NCBI GenBank assembly: GCA_003524085.1
Contig: DOEC01000006.1
Span: 1,146 to 65,145, forward strand
DNA: 64,000 bases
Origin: Bacillota bacterium
GTDB taxonomy: Bacteria > Bacillota_I > Bacilli_A > RF39 > UBA660
Direction: 5' to 3'
The translations under genes and the position numbers were made by a program. A model generated the notes under the pieces. It saw only the letters and a list, made by a program, of their open reading frames with translations, was not told the origin of the DNA and ran no database searches. Below are positions 29,085 to 39,310 of this stretch, in pieces; the first letter of the stretch is position 1; every line of letters starts with the position of its first letter.

Positions 29085-29315
29085 ATGGAAAAATTATTAG
29101 AAATATTAGAGGAAATCAAGCCTGGTGTAGACTATGAAAATATTGATACTTTAATTAATGACCACTACTTAGATTCACTTTCTATACTTTCTTTAATAAG
29201 TGAACTAGAAGATGAATTTGATATTGTTATACCAACAGTTGAAATAATACCAGATAACTTTAATTCAGTTAAAAGTATGATGGCTCTAATTAACAAATTA
29301 AAAGAGGAAGATTAA
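29085..29315 (+). CDS. DltC-like aminoacyl carrier protein
   Basis: LDSLSILSLISELEDEFDIVIP with the phosphopantetheine Ser in a DSL motif; 77 aa; GGAGG RBS. Confidence 0.75.
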   Translation: MEKLLEILEEIKPGVDYENIDTLINDHYLDSLSILSLISELEDEFDIVIPTVEIIPDNFNSVKSMMALINKLKEED

Positions 29316-29317
29316 TT

Positions 29318-30883
29318 ATGCAATATAGTGAGTTATCTTACTTTCTTTTTTTACCTTTAGTAATGTTACTTTACACTTTTACTCCTAAGAAATTTAGATA
29401 CATTACTTTACTAGTAGCAAGTTTATTCTTCTTTTATACATTAAGTGGAAAATTATTAATTTATGTCGTATATAGTACTCTTATAATGTACTTTGCTTCT
29501 TTATTAATTGACCACTTTAATGAGTTAGAAGATAATATAAACGAAGAAATGCCTAAAGAAGAAAAGAAAGCTTTAAAATTAAAATATAACAAATATAAAA
29601 AAATAACTTTAGTAATTAGTATACTCTTGCTTTTGTCTACACTACTACTAACTAAATATTTGAACTTCTTTATTACAGTAATAAATGATGTATTTAAAAG
29701 TGGTTTATCTTTAACACGTATTCTAGCGCCTATTGGAATTAGTTTTTATACTTTTGAAGTATTGTCTTATTTAATAGATATATATCATAAAAAATATAAA
29801 GCTAATAAAAATATTTTGAAATGTGCCTTGTATATAGTGTTCTTCCCAACTTTAATGGAAGGACCAATTGCAAGGTATGAACAAATTAAAGATAGTTTAT
29901 TTAGTGGAGAAACAATTAATTATACTAATATGTGTTTTGCTCTTCAAAGAATAGTATATGGTCTTGGTAAAAAGCTTATTATTGCAGACAGATTAAATCC
30001 TATAGTAAAAATGATATTTAATAATTATAGTAACTATAATGGTGGAGTTGTTTTATTAGGTGGAATACTTTATACCATTCAGTTATATATGGACTTTTCT
30101 GGAATTATGGACATTGTAATTGGTAGTGGGCAGATATTTAATATTAAATTACCTGAAAACTTTAAACAACCATTTTTTTCTAAAAATATAAGTGATTTTT
30201 GGTCTAGGTGGCATATCACTCTTGGAACGTTTTTTAAAGACTATATCTTCTACCCTATTTCATTATCTAGAATTTCTAGAAATATTACTAAAATCCTAAG
30301 AAAAAAACTTGGTAGTCATTTTGGACCTTTAGTAAGTGGTTCAATTGCTTTATTAGCAGTTTGGCTAAGTAATGGTTTATGGCATGGAGCAGGATACCAA
30401 TACATCTTATTTGGAATGTATCACTTTGTACTAATCTTACTTGGTAATATATGTATGCCATTAATTAATAGATTTTATGATAAGACAAAAATAAATAAAG
30501 AAAGTGTTTTTGTTAAGTGTTTTAGCATTTTAAGAACTACTATATTAGTAATATTTGGAGAAATAATATTTAGATCAAACTCTGTAAAAGATGCATTATC
30601 TATGATTAAAAGAATATTTACTAACTTTAGTTTTGATATAGTTAAACCTTTAAATAAGATAGGACTAGACATATACGATATGATTATTATTTTAGTTACT
30701 CTTATTGTTATAGTGGTTATTAGTATTTTAAAAGAAAAGAATATTAACGTTAGAGAAATTATTAGTAAAAAGCCTATCTATATTAGATGGATAATCTATT
30801 ATGCTCTTATATTATATGTTTTAATCTTTGGTGCTTATTTGGGTCCATATATTCCGGTTGACCCAATGTATGCTAATTTTTAG
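29318..30883 (+). CDS. MBOAT-family membrane O-acyltransferase (DltB/AlgI-like)
   Basis: Polytopic membrane protein carrying the MBOAT His motif WSRWHITLGTFFKDYIFYP. Confidence 0.75.
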   Translation: MQYSELSYFLFLPLVMLLYTFTPKKFRYITLLVASLFFFYTLSGKLLIYVVYSTLIMYFASLLIDHFNELEDNINEEMPKEEKKALKLKYNKYKKITLVISILLLLSTLLLTKYLNFFITVINDVFKSGLSLTRILAPIGISFYTFEVLSYLIDIYHKKYKANKNILKCALYIVFFPTLMEGPIARYEQIKDSLFSGETINYTNMCFALQRIVYGLGKKLIIADRLNPIVKMIFNNYSNYNGGVVLLGGILYTIQLYMDFSGIMDIVIGSGQIFNIKLPENFKQPFFSKNISDFWSRWHITLGTFFKDYIFYPISLSRISRNITKILRKKLGSHFGPLVSGSIALLAVWLSNGLWHGAGYQYILFGMYHFVLILLGNICMPLINRFYDKTKINKESVFVKCFSILRTTILVIFGEIIFRSNSVKDALSMIKRIFTNFSFDIVKPLNKIGLDIYDMIIILVTLIVIVVISILKEKNINVREIISKKPIYIRWIIYYALILYVLIFGAYLGPYIPVDPMYANF

Positions 30884-30894
30884 GAGGTAATGTT

Positions 30895-31818
30895 ATGAAA
30901 AATATATTAAAATCCACATTATTTTTAAGTATACTTTTAGTTATCATTATATATATGGGAAAAATCTTTACTCCTAAAGATAACACTTTAGAAAGTGGGA
31001 TGAATGAAGTAAGAGCTAATGGAATACTTGGAGAAAAAGATGATATTGATGTTATTATAATTGGAGACTCTTTAACATACAGTTCATTTATACCAATTGA
31101 GATGTATAAAGAATACGGGTTTACTTCATATGTAATGGGTACTCATGCACAAAGAAGTCATGATACTTATAAGTTACTTAAGAATGCTCTTAATTATCAA
31201 AAACCTAAAGTTGTAGTACTTGAAACTAATCTTTTATTTAGAAAATATAGTTTTAATAGAGATATGCTTAGTAAGCTTGAAACAATACTACCTTTCTTTG
31301 ATTATCATAATAGATGGAAAAATCTAAGTTTTAAAGATTTTACTAGTGAAATTAATTATACTTACACTGACCCGACTAAAGGATATATGTTAAAGAAAAG
31401 TGTTAAAAGTGGAAAGACTTATAATTATATGAAAAAAGATAGTAAAGTTACTCATATAGTTAATAGAAATTATGTTTATTTAGAGAAAATAAAAAAGTTA
31501 TGCAGTGAAAATAATATCAAGCTAATTTTGGTAAGCGCATCAAGTGAAAGGAATTATAACTTTAGTAAACATGAAAGTATTGAAAAATATGCAACCAAGA
31601 ATAAAATAGACTATATTGATTTAAACTTAGAAGATGTTAAAATTGACTGGGAAAAAGATACTACTGATAAAGGAGATCATTTGAATTATTTGGGAGCTTT
31701 AAAAGAAAGCAAGTTTTTTGGTAATATTTTAAAAGATAGGTATAATCTGGTAGATAAAAGAGGTACACTAGAAAGTTGGGATAAACTAGAAATGGTGTAC
31801 AATAAAAAAGCTAGATAG
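30895..31818 (+). CDS. membrane-anchored SGNH/DltD-like protein (putative acyl-transfer partner of the MBOAT)
   Basis: N-terminal TM anchor and a GDS-type block (VIIIGDSLTYSS); sits where dltD would be in a dlt operon. Confidence 0.45.
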   Translation: MKNILKSTLFLSILLVIIIYMGKIFTPKDNTLESGMNEVRANGILGEKDDIDVIIIGDSLTYSSFIPIEMYKEYGFTSYVMGTHAQRSHDTYKLLKNALNYQKPKVVVLETNLLFRKYSFNRDMLSKLETILPFFDYHNRWKNLSFKDFTSEINYTYTDPTKGYMLKKSVKSGKTYNYMKKDSKVTHIVNRNYVYLEKIKKLCSENNIKLILVSASSERNYNFSKHESIEKYATKNKIDYIDLNLEDVKIDWEKDTTDKGDHLNYLGALKESKFFGNILKDRYNLVDKRGTLESWDKLEMVYNKKAR

Positions 31819-32170
31819 TATAACATACTACACTAGCTACTGCATAAACTTCATCATGCGTAATTGAAAGGCTAAATTTTAGTCTTTCTTTTTTTATGTA
31901 TTCACTTAGTTTTCCATAGAAATTAAAGTAAGGCATGCCATTATTATGTAACACTTCTATATCAAGGATACTATATACGCTTAAATTTACTCCTAAGCTT
32001 TTTAAAAGAGCTTCTTTGGCAGCGAATACTCCCGCCTTTGTTTCTATGCTTTTATGACTAGCAAAATACTCTAATTCACTACTTGTAAACACACTACTTA
32101 ATTTTTTTATTTTGTTTATACTTTCAACCCTGACTATATCTATTCCATTAGTTATCATTTTTTTCCTCAA
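31811..32170 (-). CDS. acpS: holo-[acyl-carrier-protein] synthase (4'-phosphopantetheinyl transferase)
   Basis: GIDIVRVESI...FAAKEALLKSLG...SITHDEVYAVASV; 119 aa. Confidence 0.8.
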   Translation of the reverse strand: MRKKMITNGIDIVRVESINKIKKLSSVFTSSELEYFASHKSIETKAGVFAAKEALLKSLGVNLSVYSILDIEVLHNNGMPYFNFYGKLSEYIKKERLKFSLSITHDEVYAVASVVCYTI

Positions 32171-34127
32171 GAGTACTTTCTTTTTGCGCTACTTTTTTAA
32201 AGTAGTCTGTTTTTAATGTTAAATCATTCTTCTTTATTAATTCACTTATATAGTGGTTCATGTTTTCTAAGTCAGTTATATTTATCCATTTACCATTAGT
32301 TACTTCTCCACCCTCAACATAAACTTTTCCGTTATACCAAGAGTAATCACTAAAGAATACGTATCCATTATAATTTTTAGATAGAGCATTAGTACCTATA
32401 TAATTATTAGAATTATAGTCTATCCCATATAAATTAAGTATTGTTGGAAGTATATTTAACTGACTTGTTACATCAGTAACTGTCTTTTTACTCTTACCAT
32501 CATATATAAAGAATGGTGTATGATTTATCAAGTTATTTGATGTTTCCTTGTATTTATCTAGTATAGTTTGGTCACTTAATGTATATAAGTAATGATCAGT
32601 AAATACGACTATTGCTGTGTTAGACATAAGATTTTTTTCTTCAAGTTTATTTAGAAGAAGTTCTACCATATAGTCTGTTTCTTTTGCTTGTCTTAAAGCA
32701 CATTCTTCTTCTGTTAATGTAGGTAATTTATAGTCTTTTGGAAGTTTGTCAACATTCAAGTTTTCTAAAGCATCTAATTCTACTAATCTTTTACATACAC
32801 CTTTTTCAGTACTAAATGGTAAGTGACTACTATAAGTAATGATATAGTCTACAAATTTTTTTTCACTAAACATTCTATTACTAAAGTCCTCATTTAAAAT
32901 TAGTTCTCTATCTAACTCATATTCTTTATTTTTATACTCATACATATCAACTAGACCATAATAGTTATCATATCCCCAGTTTTTATAGTTAACTCCCCTA
33001 CTATAGAATTCGCTTGTATTCATGTGAAATGCATTAACCGAATAGCCTAAGTTCTTAAATAGTTTTGACAAAGTATAAGGAAATGTGTTTTTACTAAATG
33101 AATAAGCGTTTTGTGTATAACTTAGTGGTGTTATAAAACCAGTATTAACAGCAAATTCACTATTAAAAGTACTTCCTCCACCATTATAATATGAGTAATG
33201 ATTTTTAAAGTTTATTCCTTTATTCATTAGTTTATATAAAGTTGGAGTGTTTTCTTTAGTTAACATCCACGAGTCTACACCTTCTAATTGAAGTATTATT
33301 AAGTTTTTGTCTTTTAATAAACCAGTGTACCTATCTGTAGTTTTTTCATCTTCCATGTTATAAATACCATCTAAAAATGACATTTCTTCTTCGCTAGTTG
33401 TTTTTTTAGGTTTTAAGAATGTTACATAAAAATTTCTTACATTGTATTCATAAAATCCACTTATTCTCATACTTTTATTGTTATCATTAAAGCTTATGTA
33501 AATGTTTCTAGGATTACGCCAGGTTGACCAAGTAAGTTCTTTGTCAGATTTTCCGTACACTAGTGGTGTAAGAGTGTGTCCTACTAAGAAGATTACTAAA
33601 ATTACTGCTAGTTTTTTATATCTATTTTTTTCTACTTTTGGATAAAATTTAAATAAGTATATAGTTAAAGATAATATTAAAAGCATAAGTATGTAAACCC
33701 ATATGTTACAGTTAATAATCGCATCCATGAAGTAGCCTGAGCCTTCTCCTGCAAGTAATACTAGAGAAAAATCAAAGAATGTATCTGTCATACTATAGTA
33801 GACATTGTTTACTGTAAACAAGGCAAAACTAAGGATAAAAAATACTACGTATATAGATTTACCTATTTTTCCCTTAAATGAAGTACTAAGTCCAATTATT
33901 AGAGTTACCCATAATAAAGTAAATAAATTTGGGGCTAATCTATATATGCCATAAAAGTTTATTTTATATCCTAAAATTCTTGTAAACAAGTCCATCAATA
34001 TAAATGGAATACTTATTAATATTATACTTTTATTTCTTATAAAAAAGGCGATTATCTTTTTAAATATGTTATCTTTTTCTTTTATATTTTTCTTTTTTTC
34101 TTTCACATCTTTTTTCATTTTAATCAC
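32148..34127 (-). CDS. LtaS-family sulfatase-domain membrane protein (lipoteichoic acid synthase-like)
   Basis: Five N-terminal TM helices followed by an extracellular sulfatase/phosphoglycerol-transferase domain. Confidence 0.7.
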   Translation of the reverse strand: MIKMKKDVKEKKKNIKEKDNIFKKIIAFFIRNKSIILISIPFILMDLFTRILGYKINFYGIYRLAPNLFTLLWVTLIIGLSTSFKGKIGKSIYVVFFILSFALFTVNNVYYSMTDTFFDFSLVLLAGEGSGYFMDAIINCNIWVYILMLLILSLTIYLFKFYPKVEKNRYKKLAVILVIFLVGHTLTPLVYGKSDKELTWSTWRNPRNIYISFNDNNKSMRISGFYEYNVRNFYVTFLKPKKTTSEEEMSFLDGIYNMEDEKTTDRYTGLLKDKNLIILQLEGVDSWMLTKENTPTLYKLMNKGINFKNHYSYYNGGGSTFNSEFAVNTGFITPLSYTQNAYSFSKNTFPYTLSKLFKNLGYSVNAFHMNTSEFYSRGVNYKNWGYDNYYGLVDMYEYKNKEYELDRELILNEDFSNRMFSEKKFVDYIITYSSHLPFSTEKGVCKRLVELDALENLNVDKLPKDYKLPTLTEEECALRQAKETDYMVELLLNKLEEKNLMSNTAIVVFTDHYLYTLSDQTILDKYKETSNNLINHTPFFIYDGKSKKTVTDVTSQLNILPTILNLYGIDYNSNNYIGTNALSKNYNGYVFFSDYSWYNGKVYVEGGEVTNGKWINITDLENMNHYISELIKKNDLTLKTDYFKKVAQKESTLEEKNDN

Positions 34128-34252
34128 GTATATATTGTACCAAATATCTTACTGTTTGTCTAGATGGTCTTAACATATTTAAATATAACTAGTATTATTT
34201 TTTTCTAAATAAAAAGAAAAAACTTTAGTTAATTTTTATTTACTTTTAATAA

Positions 34253-34570
34253 TTATTTGACTAACTTTATATCAATTATATCTTTAATGTCTATTACTTC
34301 GTTGTTTATTGTTAATAATTTAGTTTTATCCCTAGCTATTAAAGTGCAAGATTTGTCTCCATTTTTTGTGGTTACACACACATTTACTTTATATATAAAG
34401 TTGTTACTTGAAAATATATCGTTAATCTTTTTTCTTATTAGTATTTCTTTCATGTTATCATCTATTATTTTTGTTTCATTTAAATTATCTTTTCCATAGT
34501 AAAATTCTTCATTGTTTTTTATTATTCCAGTATTTTTATTTACAAATATATTAGGTAGTTTTTTATTCAT
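34253..34570 (-). CDS. hypothetical small protein
   Basis: ORF with a strong AGGGGG RBS. Confidence 0.45.
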   Translation of the reverse strand: MNKKLPNIFVNKNTGIIKNNEEFYYGKDNLNETKIIDDNMKEILIRKKINDIFSSNNFIYKVNVCVTTKNGDKSCTLIARDKTKLLTINNEVIDIKDIIDIKLVK

Positions 34571-34685
34571 AGTTTCCCCCTAGTAAAGTGTATGATTATT
34601 TTTTTATTTAATTCCATAATTTAGCAGTTGACTATACAAACAAAGACGTGTTATACTTAATGCGAACAAAGGATGGTGTTTGTCA

Positions 34686-35929
34686 TGGAAGAAAGAAATA
34701 TTTTATGTATTGATTTAAAGAGTTTTTTTGCTTCAGTTGAATGTATTGAAAGAAATTTAGACCCGTTTACTACTCCCTTAATTGTTGCTGATCCATCTAG
34801 AAAAGGTGGGGCGATTACTCTTGCAGTTACTCCATATATGAAAACTCTTGGTGTACCTTCTCGTGGAAGAGTTTTTGAGATACCTAAAGGAATTAAATAT
34901 ATTACAGCTACTCCTAGAATGAGTTTGTATGTTAAGAAAAGTAAAGAAGTTATTAATTGTTTTTTAGATTTTGTAAGTAAAGAAGATATGCATGTGTACT
35001 CTATAGACGAAGCGTTTTTAGATGTTACTGATTATTTAAAGTTATATAAGATGGATGATGTTACTTTAGCTAAAAACATAATGGCTAGAATTAAAGAGAA
35101 GACAGGACTTACTAGTACGTGTGGAATTGGGCCCAACTTACTTCTTGCTAAGGTTGCACTTGATATTGAGAGTAAACATAGTCCTGACTTTATCGCTAAG
35201 TGGACTTATGAAGATGTGAAGACTAAGTTATGGAATATAACACCATTAGACGAGATGTGGGGAATTGGATCTAAAACTATGAAAAAACTAAATGATCTAG
35301 GAATATATAAGGTTGGAGATATTAATAAGTATGGTAAAGAGTTTTATAAGAAAAGATTTGGTGTGTTAGGCGAAGAGTTGTATTTGCACGCGAATGGGAT
35401 AGATTATAGTAATATTAAAAATGATAGATATGAAGTTAAAAATAAAAGTTATGGACTTAGTCAGATATTATATAAAGATTATACTCCTAGTGAAGTTATT
35501 TTAATTGTTAAAGAGATGTGTGAGACCGCTACTAAAAGACTTAGAAGTAATAAAAAAGCATGCGAAGTAGTTGGTTTTGGTATTGGATACTCTAGAAGTG
35601 TTGGTGGTGGGTTTTATCATTCTAAGAAGTTATCTTCTCCTACTGATAAAGATAGCGTTATTTATGAAGTGTGCAAAAGTATACTTGATGCGTATATTGA
35701 AGAACTTCCTATTAGAAAGGTAAGTATTTCTCTTGGTAAATTAAGTGATAATAATTATGTACAGTTAAATTTATTTGATACAAACGAAGAAAGTTATGAT
35801 GAGACTATGAAAACAATTGACGAGATAACTAAGAGATTTGGGGATAATGCTATTTTAAAAGCGTCTAGTTTACTTGATTATAGTACAATTAAAATGCGTA
35901 ATAAGAAGATGGGTGGACATAATAAGTAA
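34686..35929 (+). CDS. Y-family (translesion) DNA polymerase, UmuC/UvrX/YqjW-like
   Basis: ILCIDLKSFFASVEC...LIVADPSRKGGAITLAVTPYMK; start at MEERN with an AAAGGA RBS. Confidence 0.8.
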
Positions 35930-35939
35930 TGGTGATATT

Positions 35940-36245
35940 ATGTATAGAAAAATGATTAAATGGAAACCATTTAATACCTTACTTAAGTATAAAGATATTT
36001 TAGAAATTGATAAAAATAGACAGTTAGTTGATAAGCCTGTTATTATGGAAGACAGGATATATGAAATTAATGATGTGTTAAAGAGTGTGAATTCTTCTAC
36101 TTTAGTTAGAGTAAAATATTTTAATAAAGGAATGCTATTATATAAAGAAGGATATGTTAGTAAAATTGATACAATAGAAAAATATATTCTAATAGATAGA
36201 TTTAGAATATATTTTAGGGAACTTATTAAAATTGAAGTTATTTAG
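35940..36245 (+). CDS. YolD-like protein (accessory partner of Y-family polymerases)
   Basis: About 100 aa, immediately downstream of the polymerase gene, as the yolD/yqjX genes are in Bacillus. Confidence 0.55.
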   Translation: MYRKMIKWKPFNTLLKYKDILEIDKNRQLVDKPVIMEDRIYEINDVLKSVNSSTLVRVKYFNKGMLLYKEGYVSKIDTIEKYILIDRFRIYFRELIKIEVI

Positions 36246-36759
36246 TTAATGAATGTACGACCATGTTGTCTTGATATTCTACTAAGTCTGGATATATTTT
36301 AAATAGAGTGTCTAAATCTTTCTTCTCTACTACTCTGTGTCCTAGAGTGTTAAAGTGAGTGGGATTTCCCATTACTGCTAGTGAAGTATCTATTACTACT
36401 TTCTTGTTATTAAGTACTGTTTCTACTACCCAGTGGCCGCCGAAAGAGCTACCCTCCGTACCTTTGAAGTGTGGGTTTACTACGTACACGGCTTCACTAT
36501 ATATTCCAAGTTTATCTAGTAAAAGAACAAGTTCATATGAACAGGTTTTGCATCTTCCACCAGTTAAGCCTAGTCTAAAAAGGTCAATAAATGCAAGAGG
36601 GCCATACCCAGTTATTCTAATTGGTGTTTTGTCTTTTGAAATTATATCCCATAAAAGCTCGTCAAACTCAGTTAGTTTGTTTTTACTATAAAGTTCATTA
36701 AATACTTTTTTAAATTCTTTATTGTTTCTTAATAACTCTTCTCTAAATACATTTTTCAT
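36238..36759 (-). CDS. transglutaminase-like cysteine peptidase superfamily protein
   Basis: GGRCKTCSYELVLLLDKLGI...GGHWVVE...VIDTS matches the Cys-His-Asp core pattern. Confidence 0.45.
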   Translation of the reverse strand: MKNVFREELLRNNKEFKKVFNELYSKNKLTEFDELLWDIISKDKTPIRITGYGPLAFIDLFRLGLTGGRCKTCSYELVLLLDKLGIYSEAVYVVNPHFKGTEGSSFGGHWVVETVLNNKKVVIDTSLAVMGNPTHFNTLGHRVVEKKDLDTLFKIYPDLVEYQDNMVVHSLTK

Positions 36760-36793
36760 TTGTTTTCTCCTAGAAATATTGTATCAATAAATT

Positions 36794-37102
36794 CTATAGT
36801 TTTAAAGTCTTTTCTTTACCTTTAATGATAATGTTGTTATTTTGTGTAAATGACATGTCATATTCCTTAAAGTTTATCTTATCTAAAATTTGTTTTGGAA
36901 TTTTTATTTTGTTACCTACTTTTTCAACACTATAAGTATTTGCTAGTATTATTCTATAAACTTTTCTATTTTGACTAGTCATACTTAAATTTATGTTTTG
37001 TTTTAAGTTTGAAAGGATAAGAGTGTTTTCGTCTATCAAAGTAATGGATGTGAAATTTAAGTTTTCTGGTATTATCAAAAAATTATTTTTTATTTCAAAC
37101 AT
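36794..37102 (-). CDS. hypothetical protein
   Basis: ORF only. Confidence 0.4.
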   Translation of the reverse strand: MFEIKNNFLIIPENLNFTSITLIDENTLILSNLKQNINLSMTSQNRKVYRIILANTYSVEKVGNKIKIPKQILDKINFKEYDMSFTQNNNIIIKGKEKTLKL

Positions 37103-37220
37103 AATGTAGCCCCCTTAATTACTATAATTATACCATATTTGGTACTGTTTTGTCAAAAATTTGTGCTTTTATTTTTTAGGGTTAATTGATATAATTATAA
37201 TAGGTAAAGGTAGGGATTAT

Positions 37221-39230
37221 ATGGACAACGTTTTAAGTGAACTAGTGAAAAAACTAGAAAAAGGAGAAAGTGTAAGTAATTTAGTCAGTGAATTTAAAAT
37301 CAGTGAGTTTGAGCTTTTTGGTTATGTAAGAAAGTTAAAGGAAACTGGTATTAATGTTATTAGGACTGAAAAGAATAATGAAGTTAGACTAATAATTAAT
37401 CACCATCCTGATTATACAAAAGAAAATGTATATAATATTAATGTGGACGTAAACTTGAATACTAAGTTTGCTGTTATAAGTGATACTAGATTTGGTTCAA
37501 CAAACGAGCAAATTGCTATTTTAAATGACTTATATAAAAAGTTTTTAGAGTGTGGTGTTACATATGTAATTGTAGCAGGAAATTTACTTGAAGGCGAATA
37601 TAAAAACAACGATGTTTATGAATATGGTAAAAGTTTAATTAGTAATACTAGTATTGGGCAAGCTAATCATTTATTAGAGTTTTATCCTAAGGTAACTGGT
37701 ATTACTACTCTTTTTATTACAGGAAAAACTGACCATACTTGGAGTAAAGAGTTAAATGTTGGAGAATATATTAGTAGTAACAGAGATGATTTAATTTATT
37801 TAGGGCCTAAAAGTGCAACTATTAATTTTAATAAAGTTATGTTTAGGGTTGAGAATTTGAAAAAGCAAGGAGAAAGCTATACTATCGCATATCCACCACA
37901 GAAGTATTCTAGAAGTATGCCTAGTTATGAAGATTATGACGCGATATTTTTAGGTGGCACATTGACTGCACAGGAGTTTCCCACAATTAGAGATACTAAG
38001 ATGTTTGCAATACCTTCTGTAGTTGCTAGAACTCCAAAGATGAGAAATTTAAGTCAACAAAATACTATAGGTGCGTATGTTTTTGATATTAGTTATACTA
38101 AAAATGGAAAATTAAAGAGTATGAAGTCTACACTTATTCCCTACTACGTTCCTAGTAAAGAAAACTATATTACAATAAAGCCTCTTATAATAAGTGATAG
38201 TAAAGATAATGTTAAAGTTAAGCCTGTTAAAGATAATATGACTAGTATGTTAGATAGAATATATAGAAATATTAAGAAGGAAGAGAGTTTTAGTGATTTG
38301 ATGAATAGACTTTCAATTAATGAAAATGAACTTTATGGCGTGATTGACCTACTTCAAGAAAGAGGAAGAGATATTGGTATTAGTGAAATTGATGGGGTTC
38401 TTGTCGTTAGAAAAAATGTTAAAAAAATTAGAAAGACTGAGATAAAGCTACCTAAAGAAGAATTACATAAAAAGGTGTTTCTAGTTGTAAGTGATACGCA
38501 TTACGGAAGTATTTATAGTCAGCCTTCTATGGTAAATACATCTGTTTATGAAGCTTATAACCGTGGAATTACTGATATATTTCATGTTGGAGATATTACT
38601 GATGGAGATTATAGTAGAATTAGGCCAATACATAATTATGAAGTGTTTTTATATGGTGCGACTGGACAGCTTGAGTACACCTTAAATACTTTGCCTAAGT
38701 TTCCTGGAATGAAGTGGCACATTATTACTGGAAGTCATGATCAAACTCACCTATTTAATTATGGAGTCGATATTGGAAAAGAATTAGAAAAAAGAAGAGA
38801 CGATATTGAGTTTCTTGGGCAAGACAGAGGCTTTTATTATTTTGACAACTGCAAGATGGAGCTATTTCATCCAGGTGGTGGGACAAGCAGAATACTTTCT
38901 ACAAAGCCACAGAACGGAATTGATCAGATACCAAGTCATACTAAACCTAAAATCAGTTTAAGAGGACATTACCACAAGTCTTATTATATGTTTTATAGAA
39001 ATGTTCACACTTTCTTGTGTCCATGTAATGTTGATACATCTTCATTTATGATGAAAAATGAGATACCTAATTTGATGGGAAATTATTTCATTACTATTTG
39101 GTATGACGATAATGGAGATATTGAATATTTAGAAACTGAACCTATGATTTTTACTAATGAAGATGTGACTTACAGAGATTTTGAAAATCCTAAAAAGTTT
39201 ATAAAAAGCAAAATTAATAAAAAAATTTAA
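37221..39230 (+). CDS. internally duplicated [winged-HTH + calcineurin-like metallophosphoesterase] protein; N-terminal phosphoesterase copy degenerate
   Basis: C-terminal half has complete MPP motifs (VVSDTHYG, HVGDITDGDY, ITGSHDQ, GHYHKS). N-terminal half has the same blocks mutated (VISDTRFG, VAGNLLEGEY, ITGKTDHT). Each half is preceded by a BirA-like wHTH segment. Start at MDNVLSEL (RBS AAAGGTAGGG). Confidence 0.6.
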   Translation: MDNVLSELVKKLEKGESVSNLVSEFKISEFELFGYVRKLKETGINVIRTEKNNEVRLIINHHPDYTKENVYNINVDVNLNTKFAVISDTRFGSTNEQIAILNDLYKKFLECGVTYVIVAGNLLEGEYKNNDVYEYGKSLISNTSIGQANHLLEFYPKVTGITTLFITGKTDHTWSKELNVGEYISSNRDDLIYLGPKSATINFNKVMFRVENLKKQGESYTIAYPPQKYSRSMPSYEDYDAIFLGGTLTAQEFPTIRDTKMFAIPSVVARTPKMRNLSQQNTIGAYVFDISYTKNGKLKSMKSTLIPYYVPSKENYITIKPLIISDSKDNVKVKPVKDNMTSMLDRIYRNIKKEESFSDLMNRLSINENELYGVIDLLQERGRDIGISEIDGVLVVRKNVKKIRKTEIKLPKEELHKKVFLVVSDTHYGSIYSQPSMVNTSVYEAYNRGITDIFHVGDITDGDYSRIRPIHNYEVFLYGATGQLEYTLNTLPKFPGMKWHIITGSHDQTHLFNYGVDIGKELEKRRDDIEFLGQDRGFYYFDNCKMELFHPGGGTSRILSTKPQNGIDQIPSHTKPKISLRGHYHKSYYMFYRNVHTFLCPCNVDTSSFMMKNEIPNLMGNYFITIWYDDNGDIEYLETEPMIFTNEDVTYRDFENPKKFIKSKINKKI

Positions 39231-39248
39231 AAAATATTATAAAAAGTA

Positions 39249-39278
39249 TTGACATAGGCACTAATTTTATGGTACACT
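39249..39278 (+). promoter_or_regulatory. putative tRNA-Ala promoter TTGACA-18-TACACT (shares an ATGGTACACTT block with the tRNA-array promoter)
   Basis: Read directly. Confidence 0.45.
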
Positions 39279-39310
39279 TTTAATGCTTGATTTAATCAAG
39301 TGCCTACCGT

